Positions 17,601 through 26,279 of a stretch of DNA of 37,326 nt are shown in pieces; position 1 is the stretch's first letter; each line of letters begins with the position of its first letter. This DNA is from Bacteroidia bacterium. GTDB taxonomy: Bacteria > Bacteroidota > Bacteroidia > UKL13-3. The notes under the pieces are model-generated. The model ran no database searches and was not told the origin of the DNA. It worked only from the letters and a program-made list of their open reading frames with translations. Both the position numbers and the translations under genes were made by a program. Location of the stretch: the NCBI GenBank assembly GCA_049242065.1, contig JBMLPO010000256.1, positions 1-37,326 of the forward strand, given 5' to 3'.

Positions 17601-20600
17601 AAGGTTGACCAAAACGATTTTGAACAAGCCAATATCGATTACATCGAAATTTGGATGATGGATCCTTTTGCTGATAAACCTGCTAGTTTTGATAAAGGTT
17701 ATTTATACATCAATCTGGGTAATATATCAGAGGATATTTTAAAAGATAACAGAAGATCTGCTGAGAATGGTTTGCCTAAAAACAATACAGCAGAACAACA
17801 AGCCTTAGCCGATACAACCATTTGGGGTAAGGTTCCTAGAGCCCCAGTAATTAATTATGCTTTCGATGCCGATGCAAATGTGCGTCAGACACAGGATGTG
17901 GGTTTAGATGGTTTGAATGATGATGAGGAGCGAAATTATTTTGAAGATGAATACCTAGCTCGTGTTAGAAATACTTTTGGCGCCTCTTCAATTGCCTATC
18001 AAAATGCAGTTGCAGATCCATCTAATGATAATTACCATTATTATTTAGGTGGTGATTACGACAATGCGAAGTTGAATCTTGTAGATCGTTACAAAAAGTT
18101 CAATCGCCACCAAGGTAATTCTCCAACAGTAGATCAGTCTCCAGAATCTTATCCAACAGCAGCTACTAACGTTCCAGATAATGAGGATTTGAATAAAGAT
18201 TATACTGTGAATGATGTGGAAGCCTATTTTCAATATAAAGTTGAAATAAGCAGAGATGCTTTTGCTATAGGTAAAAATTATGTTACTGATACTTTAACTG
18301 CTCCAGCCAGATTTGTAAATGGCGATTACGCTCCAGAAAAATGGTACCAGTTGAAAATTCCTGTAAGGGAATATGAAAGAAAAGTAGGAGATATTTCCGA
18401 CTTCAAATCTATTCGCTTCATTCGCATGTTCATGCAAGGATTTTCTGAACAAACCAACATGCGTTTTGCTAGTTTACAATTGGTTCGTGCCGATTGGAGA
18501 AAATATTTAAATAGTTTGGAAACAGGTGGCGAACACAAACCAATCGACCCTACAGATAATACCCAGTTTGTTGTTTCAACTGTAAACATTGAAAAGAATA
18601 GCAAGCGTGTTCCAATTCCTTATGTAGTTCCTGCAGGCATTCAACGTGAAATCGACTTTAGTTCACCAAATCCAATTCAGCAAAATGAGCAATCGATTAG
18701 TTTGTTAACTTGTAACTTAAAAGATGGTGATGCAAGAGGTGTTTTCAAAAATACCACTGTTGATTTAAGACAATATGGTAACCTGCGTTTGTTTGTGCAT
18801 GCAGAAAGTAGAGATGATTTAAAAGATGGTGAATTAACAGCATTCTTAAGGTTTGGTACAGATTTAACTACCAATTACTATGAGTATGAAATTCCTTTGA
18901 GCTTTACTAAAAACAATACTTCAAATCCTAATGAAATCTGGCCTTCAGCCAATGAAATGGATATTGTTTTAGAGGAAATGATCAATACAAAGATTGCTAG
19001 AAACAATGCAAACTTTGCCTTTTCAGGTAGATTCACTAGAACTATTGGAAATGGTAAATATACAGTAGTGGGTCAGCCTGATTATAGTCAAGTTCGTGTA
19101 TTCATGGTGGGTGTTAGAAATCCAAAACGTGTAGCTGGTTCTATTGGTGGTGATGATGGTTTACCAAAATGTTCTGAGGTTTGGTTCAATGAATTACGCA
19201 TGACCAATTTCTCTACCCGTGGCGGTGATGCTGCAACAGGAAGGGTCCTTGCTAAGTTAGCAGATTTTGGTAATGTTCAATTAAGCGGAACTTATAAAAG
19301 TGTTGGTTGGGGTGGTATAGATAAAAAACTTCTCGATAGAAGTATGAGTGATGATTACCAATATGATCTTCAAACCAATTTTGAATTAGGTAAGTTCTTC
19401 CCTAAAAGTAGTGGTATTTCAATTCCATTTTTCTTCTCTTATGGAACTACATTGATTCGTCCTTGGTACAATCCTCTTAACCCTGATACCAAACTGCAGA
19501 AAGAAATTGATGAGACTACAAATCCTGAAAGAACAAGCATGATTAGTAAGGCCTCTGATGATTATACCATGCGTAAGAGTTTCAATTTTACCAATGTAAG
19601 GAAAAATAGAATTGGAAGTAAAAAGGCTTATCCTTGGGACATAGAAAATTTTAGTTTCACTTTTTCATTCAACGAAGTTTTCAGAAGAAATCAAACCTTA
19701 GCATTTAACTCACTTAGAAATTATAAAGGACTAACTACTTACAATTACTCATTTGTAAATAAGCCCTTCGAACCTTTTAAAAATTTAAAGTCGCCTTATC
19801 TTTTATTGTTAAAGGATTTCAATTTAAACTATTTACCTGCTTCATGGGGTTTCAGGGTAGAGGCCGATAGACGCTATGGAGAACAATTGAATCGTATCAA
19901 TGATACCAGAACTGAGAGCTTACCTATTATGTACGACAAGATGTTTACCATGAGAAGGTATTATGAGTTTAGGTATGATGTAACTAAAAACTTCAAGTTT
20001 GATTACAACTCAACTGCTGATGCGCGGATTGATGAACCAAATGGAAGAATAGCTGATGATACTCCAGAAAAGAGAGACAGTGTTACAAGGAATTTCTGGA
20101 ATGGAGGTAGAACAACCAAATTCGATCAAACAGCACGAATCAACTATAATATTCCTGTAAACAAAATTCCATTCTTAAATTGGGTGAGCCAGTTTAGTTA
20201 TAGCTATTCTATCAACTACCAATGGCTTCAAGCTCCACCAGCTGCAGACAGTTTAGGAAATACTATTCAAAATTCTAGACAAGATCAATGGAATTTGAAT
20301 TTAAATTTTGTGCAGTTGTATAATAAAGTTGGCTTGTTTAAACGAGTAAATACTCCAGGTCCCGCTGCTCCTCCAAGTAAAGTAAAAAGCAAAATGGAAA
20401 CAGCTAAAGGCGATGGAAAAAAGGATGAAGCAGCTGCTCCTAAAAATCAAAAATTGCCATTCTGGATTACGGTACCTGTTAAATTAATAACAAGTGTAAA
20501 AAACCTCAGCGCATCTTATTCAACTACTCAAGGTACTCAACTACCTGGATTCAATCCTAAGCCACATTATCTCGGTCAAAACATGGATCTTGGCGCTCCA

Positions 20601-21809
20601 GGTTGGGATTTCATCATGGGGGTTCAAGATCCTAATTATAGATTCAGAGCTGCAGATAAGGGCTGGATCAGTAAAGATCCTAGGGTGGTGAATCCTTATA
20701 CTATGAACTATCAAGAGAACTTAACCATTCGTTCTATGGTAGAACCTATCAATGATTTCAGAATTGAATTAAGTGCCAATAAATCTTATTCTAAAAATCT
20801 AACAGCTTATTTCAGATATGATGATGATAGCAATACCTATAGAGATTTTGGTCCGCCAATTGAATCGGGTAATTACAGCATCAGTTTCTTAATGATTAAA
20901 ACAGCTTTCTCAAAAGAGGATGACCAAGGTGTTTCAGATGTGTTTAAACAATTTGAATCAAATAGATTAACAATCGCAAAACGAATTGCTGCTGAAAAGG
21001 GAATTCCACTCAGCCATCCTGATTCATTCCCTACTGGTTATGGAGCTTTTCAACAAGATGTTTTAATTCCTGCATTTCTAGCTGCTTATAGTGGAGAATC
21101 CGCCGATAAATCCTCATTGTCTGCTTTCAGAAATTTCCCTTTACCTAATTGGCGCGTAACTTATAATGGTTTAACCAAATTGAAATTCTTGAAGGATTAT
21201 GCTTCTAATATCAATATCCAACATAGTTATCAAAGTACTTATACCATTGGTGGTTTTCAAACTGTTGTTGATACAACCAGAAATACAACTTTAAGTAACG
21301 ATTTCTCACCTGATTTGGTGATCAGAACCATTTCTTTGGTTGAGCGTTTTGGACCTTTTATTGGTATTGATGTTACACTTGTAAATAACCTCACTACTTC
21401 ATTTAAATACAACCAAGATAGAACACTTAATTTTGCATTAGGTAATCGTCAAGTAAATGAACAAAAAGGAAGTGAGTTTGTCTTTGGAGTAGGTTATAGA
21501 ACAACCAAATTAACCCTGCCTTTTAAATCTAGGGGCCGCAAAATTGTTTTAGAAAATGATATCAATTTCAGGTTCGATTTTACTATCAGAGAAAATGTAA
21601 CCAGAATCAGAAATCTCGATAGACCCAATAATGATCCAGTACTCGGTCAATCAATCATCAGCATTAAACCTACAATTGATTATATGATCAATGAGAAGTT
21701 AATGTTGAGGATTTTCTACGATAGAAGACAAACCAATCCATTTACATCTAATTCATTCCCTACCATTATTACAAGTGGTGGATTTTCATTAAGGTATACC
21801 ATTCAGTAA
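14649..21809 (+). CDS. sprA: T9SS translocon / gliding-motility cell-surface protein SprA (Sov family)
   Basis: 2386-aa secreted protein. The N-terminal signal-like segment is KLKYIRAFFTFTFVLTLVWNA. The conserved SprA N-terminal block is IELGNVGLPLQSSLIQGSQSLFGVKSTLQFGKLTVTGVVSQQRGK. It is beta-rich throughout and ends in the terminal beta-strand GGFSLRYTIQ. Size and composition match Flavobacterium SprA. TTG start, and no in-frame ATG for more than 200 codons. Confidence 0.88.
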   Translation: MYSSSKLKYIRAFFTFTFVLTLVWNATPRGAVRYRRDFSVFLPDTGKADTGSTNLPYPIKDKKPYEIYGPKHPLDLGDPAILKNKFELNPNNYNYEFSSKVGTEDVKLPASIKVTEQLKKESKQNNDAYFRQRAQAQNFTKGAGIIPQLNISNKIIDRIFGSGIIDIKPRGTAELIFSANFNTVRNPAFSLRQQSTGQFDFRQKIQLNVSGAIGDKMKLNLNYDTEATFEFENQMKLDYAGKEDDIIKKIELGNVGLPLQSSLIQGSQSLFGVKSTLQFGKLTVTGVVSQQRGKTQETELAGGAVTTRFDIQGDNYDMNRHYFLSHYFRDNYENWLSNLPFVGSPVVITRVEVWVTNRSGSFDQSRDVIGFADLGETDKRSNPYWSVNTNRGNLGNEVNSLYAYLNGNGDNNKAAVFRAAYQIQNQLRADENTTQMLPISQYQIVNFARQLGPNEYTFNPRLGYISLNQALNNDDVLCVAYEGTVNGIAFKVGEFSMDIQRNTSVPEIMFLKMLKGPSQRPDLPMWDLMMKNVYSLGSFQVQPKDFKLNIVYADDPSGADLNYLPVKNEPNLSGIPLLNVFKLDQLNTQQEKVSDGLFDLIEGVTINSQTGRIFLPTNEPFGTYLQRKFTNDPALANYYCFFALYDSTRFSAIQQPQFNKFFIRGSFQGSSTNEIALGSTNVPRGSVRVTANGAPLTENADFIVDYNLGRVKIVNTALLNSGAIIKVSSESNNLFQIQQRSMMGARFDYKHSKDLILGSTFMYMNERPLTPKVNIGEEPISNIVIGFDGTYNKNSRFLTKMVDKLPFIETKEVSNITVSGEYARLIPGVQGALSQRGTAYIDDFEGAETPFDLRMGNTWALASTPQGQPDLFPEANTINQLDYGFRRANLAWYTIATTFYRNDAFTPAHLKSDPDALSNHVSREVLQTDVFPSRQIQQGLPTTLPTLDLAYFPNERGPYNYTINELNADGTLKNPNRNWGGIMRKVDQNDFEQANIDYIEIWMMDPFADKPASFDKGYLYINLGNISEDILKDNRRSAENGLPKNNTAEQQALADTTIWGKVPRAPVINYAFDADANVRQTQDVGLDGLNDDEERNYFEDEYLARVRNTFGASSIAYQNAVADPSNDNYHYYLGGDYDNAKLNLVDRYKKFNRHQGNSPTVDQSPESYPTAATNVPDNEDLNKDYTVNDVEAYFQYKVEISRDAFAIGKNYVTDTLTAPARFVNGDYAPEKWYQLKIPVREYERKVGDISDFKSIRFIRMFMQGFSEQTNMRFASLQLVRADWRKYLNSLETGGEHKPIDPTDNTQFVVSTVNIEKNSKRVPIPYVVPAGIQREIDFSSPNPIQQNEQSISLLTCNLKDGDARGVFKNTTVDLRQYGNLRLFVHAESRDDLKDGELTAFLRFGTDLTTNYYEYEIPLSFTKNNTSNPNEIWPSANEMDIVLEEMINTKIARNNANFAFSGRFTRTIGNGKYTVVGQPDYSQVRVFMVGVRNPKRVAGSIGGDDGLPKCSEVWFNELRMTNFSTRGGDAATGRVLAKLADFGNVQLSGTYKSVGWGGIDKKLLDRSMSDDYQYDLQTNFELGKFFPKSSGISIPFFFSYGTTLIRPWYNPLNPDTKLQKEIDETTNPERTSMISKASDDYTMRKSFNFTNVRKNRIGSKKAYPWDIENFSFTFSFNEVFRRNQTLAFNSLRNYKGLTTYNYSFVNKPFEPFKNLKSPYLLLLKDFNLNYLPASWGFRVEADRRYGEQLNRINDTRTESLPIMYDKMFTMRRYYEFRYDVTKNFKFDYNSTADARIDEPNGRIADDTPEKRDSVTRNFWNGGRTTKFDQTARINYNIPVNKIPFLNWVSQFSYSYSINYQWLQAPPAADSLGNTIQNSRQDQWNLNLNFVQLYNKVGLFKRVNTPGPAAPPSKVKSKMETAKGDGKKDEAAAPKNQKLPFWITVPVKLITSVKNLSASYSTTQGTQLPGFNPKPHYLGQNMDLGAPGWDFIMGVQDPNYRFRAADKGWISKDPRVVNPYTMNYQENLTIRSMVEPINDFRIELSANKSYSKNLTAYFRYDDDSNTYRDFGPPIESGNYSISFLMIKTAFSKEDDQGVSDVFKQFESNRLTIAKRIAAEKGIPLSHPDSFPTGYGAFQQDVLIPAFLAAYSGESADKSSLSAFRNFPLPNWRVTYNGLTKLKFLKDYASNINIQHSYQSTYTIGGFQTVVDTTRNTTLSNDFSPDLVIRTISLVERFGPFIGIDVTLVNNLTTSFKYNQDRTLNFALGNRQVNEQKGSEFVFGVGYRTTKLTLPFKSRGRKIVLENDINFRFDFTIRENVTRIRNLDRPNNDPVLGQSIISIKPTIDYMINEKLMLRIFYDRRQTNPFTSNSFPTIITSGGFSLRYTIQ

Positions 21810-21810
21810 T

Positions 21811-22455
21811 ATGGAAATTTCTGATACCAAAATTCTGACTTATTGTGAATCTCATTCGTCTCAAGAGTCGGATGCATTAAAGGCTTTGAATAGGTTTACA
21901 AATGCCAATGTGCTGCAAGCTAGAATGCTGAGTGGTCATTTACAAGGTAGAGTTTTGTCTATGATTAGCCACATGATTCAACCTGATTTTATTCTTGAAA
22001 TTGGAACTTATACTGGATATTCTGCTATCTGTTTGGCAGAAGGTTTAAGTGAAAAGGGAAGGTTAATCACAATTGATATCAATCCTGAATTGGAAGATGT
22101 TATCATCAAACATGCGGAACAAGCTGGATTCAAAAACAAAATTCAATTCATAGTTGGTGACGCATATCAAATCATCAGAACACTTCCTCATACCTATGAT
22201 TTGGTTTTTATTGATGCTGATAAACTTAGTTACGCAAAGTATTATGATCAGGTTTTAGAGAAACTCAGACCCGGAGGATTTATTTTAGTTGACAATGTTT
22301 TGTGGAGCGGTAAGGTGGTTGATGAAAAAGAATTGGCAAAAGATAAAGATACCATTAGCTTGCATCAGTTCAATACAATGGTTGCCAATGATAGCCGAGT
22401 AGAAAAGGTATTACTTCCTATTCGTGATGGACTTTATTTGATTAGAAAGCTATAA
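21811..22455 (+). CDS. Class I SAM-dependent O-methyltransferase (family 3, caffeoyl-CoA OMT / YrrM-like)
   Basis: SAM motif I ILEIGTYTGYSAICLA, plus ITIDINPE, FIDADK, GGFILVDNVLWSG. The ATG lies 1 nt after the sprA stop. Confidence 0.85.
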   Translation: MEISDTKILTYCESHSSQESDALKALNRFTNANVLQARMLSGHLQGRVLSMISHMIQPDFILEIGTYTGYSAICLAEGLSEKGRLITIDINPELEDVIIKHAEQAGFKNKIQFIVGDAYQIIRTLPHTYDLVFIDADKLSYAKYYDQVLEKLRPGGFILVDNVLWSGKVVDEKELAKDKDTISLHQFNTMVANDSRVEKVLLPIRDGLYLIRKL

Positions 22456-22470
22456 CAAGTTATACTTACT

Positions 22471-22500
22471 TTAATTGAATGGAATATTAATTTCAATTAA
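22471..22500. terminator. Weak AT-rich inverted repeat between the convergent O-methyltransferase and ClC genes
   Basis: TTAATTGAA (22471-22479) pairs with TTCAATTAA (22492-22500) across a 12-nt loop. The right arm covers the ClC stop codon. The stem is all A/T except one G/C pair, so stability is low. Confidence 0.2.
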
Positions 22501-24308
22501 ACAGCTGTTTCTTGATTAACCTGATCTTGCATCAAGTCCTTATACTTATTTAAGAATGTACTTTTAGATACAAATCCTGCATACCTGCCATGTTGTGTTA
22601 CAGGTAAATTCCATAAACTCTGGTTATTGTCGAAAATAGCCATCACTTCATCCAATGGCGCATTGATGTCTGCTTCAATGGGAACTTGTTGCATCAGGTC
22701 CTTGGCCTTTACTTTATCATAGAGTTCAGGTTTAAATATCACTTGTTTCAAATCATCTAATGTTAGAATTCCAATCAATCTTTTATTCCTTGTTATAATT
22801 GGATAAACATTACGTCTGCTTTCCTTTAATCCTTCCGTTATTTCTCTTAAAGATTGGTCGGGATAATAAGCTTTGAAATCGGTTTCAAGAATACTTCTAA
22901 TGCTAAACTGACTTAAAATATCCTTTTCTTTATTTTGATGTACCAATAATCCCAAAGAGGCAAGTCGTTTGGTATAAATTGAATTGGGTTCAATAAAGCG
23001 AGTGACAAAAAAACTGATGGCTGATACAATCATTAGTGGAATGAACATGCCATATCCACCAGATACTTCAGCTATCATAAATATTCCCGTGAGAGGTGCG
23101 CTCAATACTCCACTTAAAACACCTGCCATTCCACAAATTACAAAGTTCAATTCATTCAAATGGCTGAATCCACTGATATTAATGATTCTACTGAATAACA
23201 AACCTATGATGGCTCCATTAAATAGTGAGGGCGCAAATACGCCACCATTGCCTCCTGAACTCACTGTAAGTGCAGCTGCAATGGGCTTTAATAAAAGGGT
23301 TAATAAGAGTAAAAGTACAAACAACAAATCGTAACTATAAGTGCTTTGTAAAGCAATCTTTTCAAGATATTGATCTATTTCACCTGCAAGTATGGTATTT
23401 ATTACAGCATACCCTTCGCCATATAAAAGCGGAAATGCAAAAAGTAAGATGCCAACAATTCCTCCCTGAAAAATGGCTTTGTTTATTTTTTGTTTAACAT
23501 TTCCAAATCGATGTTCAATGGTATGTATACTCAAGATAGTATAAGCACTAACAAGTCCTGCAAGAACCCCTAATACCAAATAATAAGGAATTGCATGAAC
23601 TGTCCATCCATTGGCTTGAAAATGGATAAGCGATCCTTTATAAAATATTCCATTGATGAGTGCTGCGGTTGCAGATGCAATTAATAGCGGAATAAAGGAG
23701 GCTACACTTGCGCGGCTTAAAATGACTTCCAATGAAAAAATTACAGCGGCTATAGGGCAATTAAAAATGGCCGAAATTCCTGCTGATGCGCCACAAGCGA
23801 GCAGCAAGTTCTTTTCTTGTTGACTCACAAATAATCTTTTCGAAACGTTCGAGCCAATTGCAGACCCCGTAATGGCAATAGGTGCTTCCACTCCAACAGA
23901 TCCTCCAAAACCAACTGTTAATGCACTGGTGATTAAATGAGAATAAGTATGATGTCCATCTATATCTGCATGTTTGTAATTAACCTTATAAATGATGGAA
24001 GCCAAACCTTTTTCAAAAACATTTTTCCTTAAAATGTATTTTATAAAGAACAAGGATAACAAAATGCCAGTAACAGGAAAGAACAAGTTTTTATATTGAA
24101 TCTCTATGAACTTTGCATTAAATGAAATACTCTCAATATAATGAATCAATCCCTTCAGAAAGATGGCAGCAACGGAAGACACGATTGCAATCAGAACACT
24201 TGCTATAATCAAGAAGTTCTGGTTGCTGATGTATTTCGACCTATTTTTAAAAAATTTATAGGCAGGATACTTGAGCAGAAACTTAATGTGCTTAACTTTC
24301 GGGTCCAT
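22497..24308 (-). CDS. ClC-family voltage-gated chloride channel/antiporter with C-terminal tandem CBS domains
   Basis: ClC motifs GGSVGVEAP (gating Glu) and GGVFAPSLF (GxFxP). About 10-11 TM helices. The C-terminal CBS pair includes YPIITRNKRLIGILTLDDL and LPVTQHGRYAGFVSKS. ORF track is 22497..24422. I prefer Met39 (ATG 24308, MDPKVKHIKF...), which has a -7 box 8 nt upstream. Confidence 0.85.
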   Translation of the reverse strand: MDPKVKHIKFLLKYPAYKFFKNRSKYISNQNFLIIASVLIAIVSSVAAIFLKGLIHYIESISFNAKFIEIQYKNLFFPVTGILLSLFFIKYILRKNVFEKGLASIIYKVNYKHADIDGHHTYSHLITSALTVGFGGSVGVEAPIAITGSAIGSNVSKRLFVSQQEKNLLLACGASAGISAIFNCPIAAVIFSLEVILSRASVASFIPLLIASATAALINGIFYKGSLIHFQANGWTVHAIPYYLVLGVLAGLVSAYTILSIHTIEHRFGNVKQKINKAIFQGGIVGILLFAFPLLYGEGYAVINTILAGEIDQYLEKIALQSTYSYDLLFVLLLLLTLLLKPIAAALTVSSGGNGGVFAPSLFNGAIIGLLFSRIINISGFSHLNELNFVICGMAGVLSGVLSAPLTGIFMIAEVSGGYGMFIPLMIVSAISFFVTRFIEPNSIYTKRLASLGLLVHQNKEKDILSQFSIRSILETDFKAYYPDQSLREITEGLKESRRNVYPIITRNKRLIGILTLDDLKQVIFKPELYDKVKAKDLMQQVPIEADINAPLDEVMAIFDNNQSLWNLPVTQHGRYAGFVSKSTFLNKYKDLMQDQVNQETAV

Positions 24309-25224
24309 GAATAAAACAAAAGTAACGAAGTTTAGCCATTGGATGGCGGCTTTTAGGTTTCGCACCTTGTTTTTATCGTTTTCGTGTATAGGAACTGGCT
24401 TGGCCTCAGCTTCCTTATTCAATGAAATTGATAATGCTGTCGCGACTTTTACTTTATTAACTGCTTTGTTTCTACAGGTATTGTCAAATTTAGCAAATGA
24501 TTACGGTGATAGCATTCATGGTGCTGATAACGCTGATAGAAAGGGTCCGAAACGCGCTGTCCAAGCAGGTGTGATTTCTGCTCAACAAATGAAAATGGCT
24601 GTGATTGTGTCTTCTGTTTTGTCATTGATTGCAGGAATCACCCTATTAATCTTAGCCTTCCCAATTATTGGTCTTACTGCAATTATTACTCTTTTTATGA
24701 GTGGTTTGCTTGCCATTGCTGCTGCCATTTTATATACAAACGGAAAACGCCCTTATGGCTATGCTGGATTAGGTGATATTTCGGTGTTTTTATTTTTCGG
24801 TTTATTGGCTGTATTGGGTTCTGCATTTCTTCAAACGGGTAGCTTCAATAGTGAATTATTGGAACCTGCCATTGCTTTTGGTTTTTTAGCAGTGGGTGTA
24901 TTGAATGTAAACAATATGCGAGATATTCATTCAGATCAAATTGCAGGTAAATTGTCAATTCCCGTAAGAATTGGTCTGCAATTAGCCAAGCTATATCACT
25001 ATGTTTTAGTGCTCCTTGCCATCTTATTGATGGTGCATTTTATGGAGACTCATGATCTAAATTTAGTGTTACTGATTTTGCCAATTTCGGCATTGTTGTT
25101 TCATCTATTCAAAATATATCGTTCAATTACTGAAGAGCAGTTCGACCCTCAACTAAAGGTACTTTCTTTGAGTAGTTTTCTTTTGTGTTTGAGTTTTATT
25201 TTATCAATCATTTATTCAACATGA
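24307..25224 (+). CDS. menA: 1,4-dihydroxy-2-naphthoate polyprenyltransferase (UbiA superfamily)
   Basis: LQVLSNLANDYGDSIHGAD matches the MenA NDxxD motif, and a second Asp-rich region is NNMRDIHSD. It has 8-9 TM helices. With ATG 24307 (MNKTKVTKFSHWMAAFRFRTL) the N-terminal length matches E. coli MenA (MTEQQISRTQAWLESLRPKTL). The ORF track starts earlier, at TTG 24271. Confidence 0.9.
   Translation: MNKTKVTKFSHWMAAFRFRTLFLSFSCIGTGLASASLFNEIDNAVATFTLLTALFLQVLSNLANDYGDSIHGADNADRKGPKRAVQAGVISAQQMKMAVIVSSVLSLIAGITLLILAFPIIGLTAIITLFMSGLLAIAAAILYTNGKRPYGYAGLGDISVFLFFGLLAVLGSAFLQTGSFNSELLEPAIAFGFLAVGVLNVNNMRDIHSDQIAGKLSIPVRIGLQLAKLYHYVLVLLAILLMVHFMETHDLNLVLLILPISALLFHLFKIYRSITEEQFDPQLKVLSLSSFLLCLSFILSIIYST
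24317..24324 (-). promoter_or_regulatory. Candidate -7 promoter box (minus strand TACTTTTG) for the ClC gene, located inside menA codons 4-6
   Basis: The plus strand reads CAAAAGTA, an exact reverse complement of TAnnTTTG. It sits 8 nt upstream of the ClC ATG (24308). Confidence 0.35.
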
Positions 25225-26273
25225 TTTCTTACCGATATATCAAACACACACTTCAATTTAATTTTGAAGCTAGAACCTCAAGAGGAGAAATCAAAACGCA
25301 TGATGCTTACATCATCATAGCTCATGATAAACTTACTAATCGTTTTGGCTTAGGTGAAGCTGCTCCTCTTAGTGGCTTGAGTATTGATAGTACACCTGAT
25401 TTTGAAATCAAGCTTCAAGAGATTCTTTTACAATTGAATGAGGGTGTTTCAATTTCAAATATCGAGCTTCAGAAATTTCCTTCTATTCAGTTTGCATTAG
25501 AAGCAGCTCATTTGAATTTACAATTTGAAACTAAAGCACATTATTTTCATAACAATTGGATGGATTCTCAAGCTATTCCTATCAATGGTTTGGTTTGGAT
25601 GAGCGAGAGTAAATCAATGTTAAAGGAGGCGCTTGAAAAAGCAGAGAAGGGTTTTGATTGTATCAAATTTAAAATTGGTGCCCTCGATTTTGATGAAGAG
25701 TGTCGCATGTTGGAGCAATTTCGTAAATCATTTAGCGACTCAAAAGTGCAAATCAGATTGGATGCAAATGGAGCCTTTCTGCCAGATGATGCATTACTTA
25801 AATTAAAAGAACTGAATCGATTTGTAATCCACAGTATTGAACAACCAATAAAACAAAATCAATGGGAGGCAATGCAAGAACTGATTGCAAAATCGCCCAT
25901 AAATATAGCCTTAGATGAAGAGCTAATTGGTGTAGATGTTTTTACTGAAGGCAAGAAACTCATGGAATTCTTAAAGCCACATTATTTAATTCTAAAACCA
26001 AGTTTAATAGGTGGTTTAAAGACTGCAGAGGAATGGATTAGATGGACTGAATATTTTAATAAGTCTTGGTGGGCAACATCTGCTTTAGAATCAAATATCG
26101 GATTGAATATAATAGCGCAATGGTGCAGTACTAAAAATAACAAGATGCATCAGGGTTTAGGTACAGGAAGTTTGTATAAAAACAATTTTGACGCACCCTT
26201 TTTAGTTGAAAATGGATATTTATTTTATATTCCCTCACAATCTTGGAAGCTTCCACTGGATTGGTTTAACTAA
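25221..26273 (+). CDS. menC: o-Succinylbenzoate synthase (enolase superfamily)
   Basis: Enolase-superfamily catalytic and metal residues occur in order: IKFKIG (KxK), RLDANGAF, IEQP, LDEEL, LILKPSLIGG. The ATG 25221 overlaps the menA TGA as ATGA (25221-25224). The MenC assignment, rather than another enolase-family member, rests on this coupling to menA. Confidence 0.75.
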   Translation: MISYRYIKHTLQFNFEARTSRGEIKTHDAYIIIAHDKLTNRFGLGEAAPLSGLSIDSTPDFEIKLQEILLQLNEGVSISNIELQKFPSIQFALEAAHLNLQFETKAHYFHNNWMDSQAIPINGLVWMSESKSMLKEALEKAEKGFDCIKFKIGALDFDEECRMLEQFRKSFSDSKVQIRLDANGAFLPDDALLKLKELNRFVIHSIEQPIKQNQWEAMQELIAKSPINIALDEELIGVDVFTEGKKLMEFLKPHYLILKPSLIGGLKTAEEWIRWTEYFNKSWWATSALESNIGLNIIAQWCSTKNNKMHQGLGTGSLYKNNFDAPFLVENGYLFYIPSQSWKLPLDWFN

Positions 26274-26279
26274 TTTGAG

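Noticed and set aside
22497-24308. The ClC protein considered as a fluoride-specific CLC-F exporter.
   Set aside because: It retains the GxFxP-type motif (GGVFAP) and a gating Glu in GVEAP, rather than the GxVxP-type signatures I recall for the CLC-F clade. No fluoride riboswitch-like sequence is possible upstream because there is no intergenic space.
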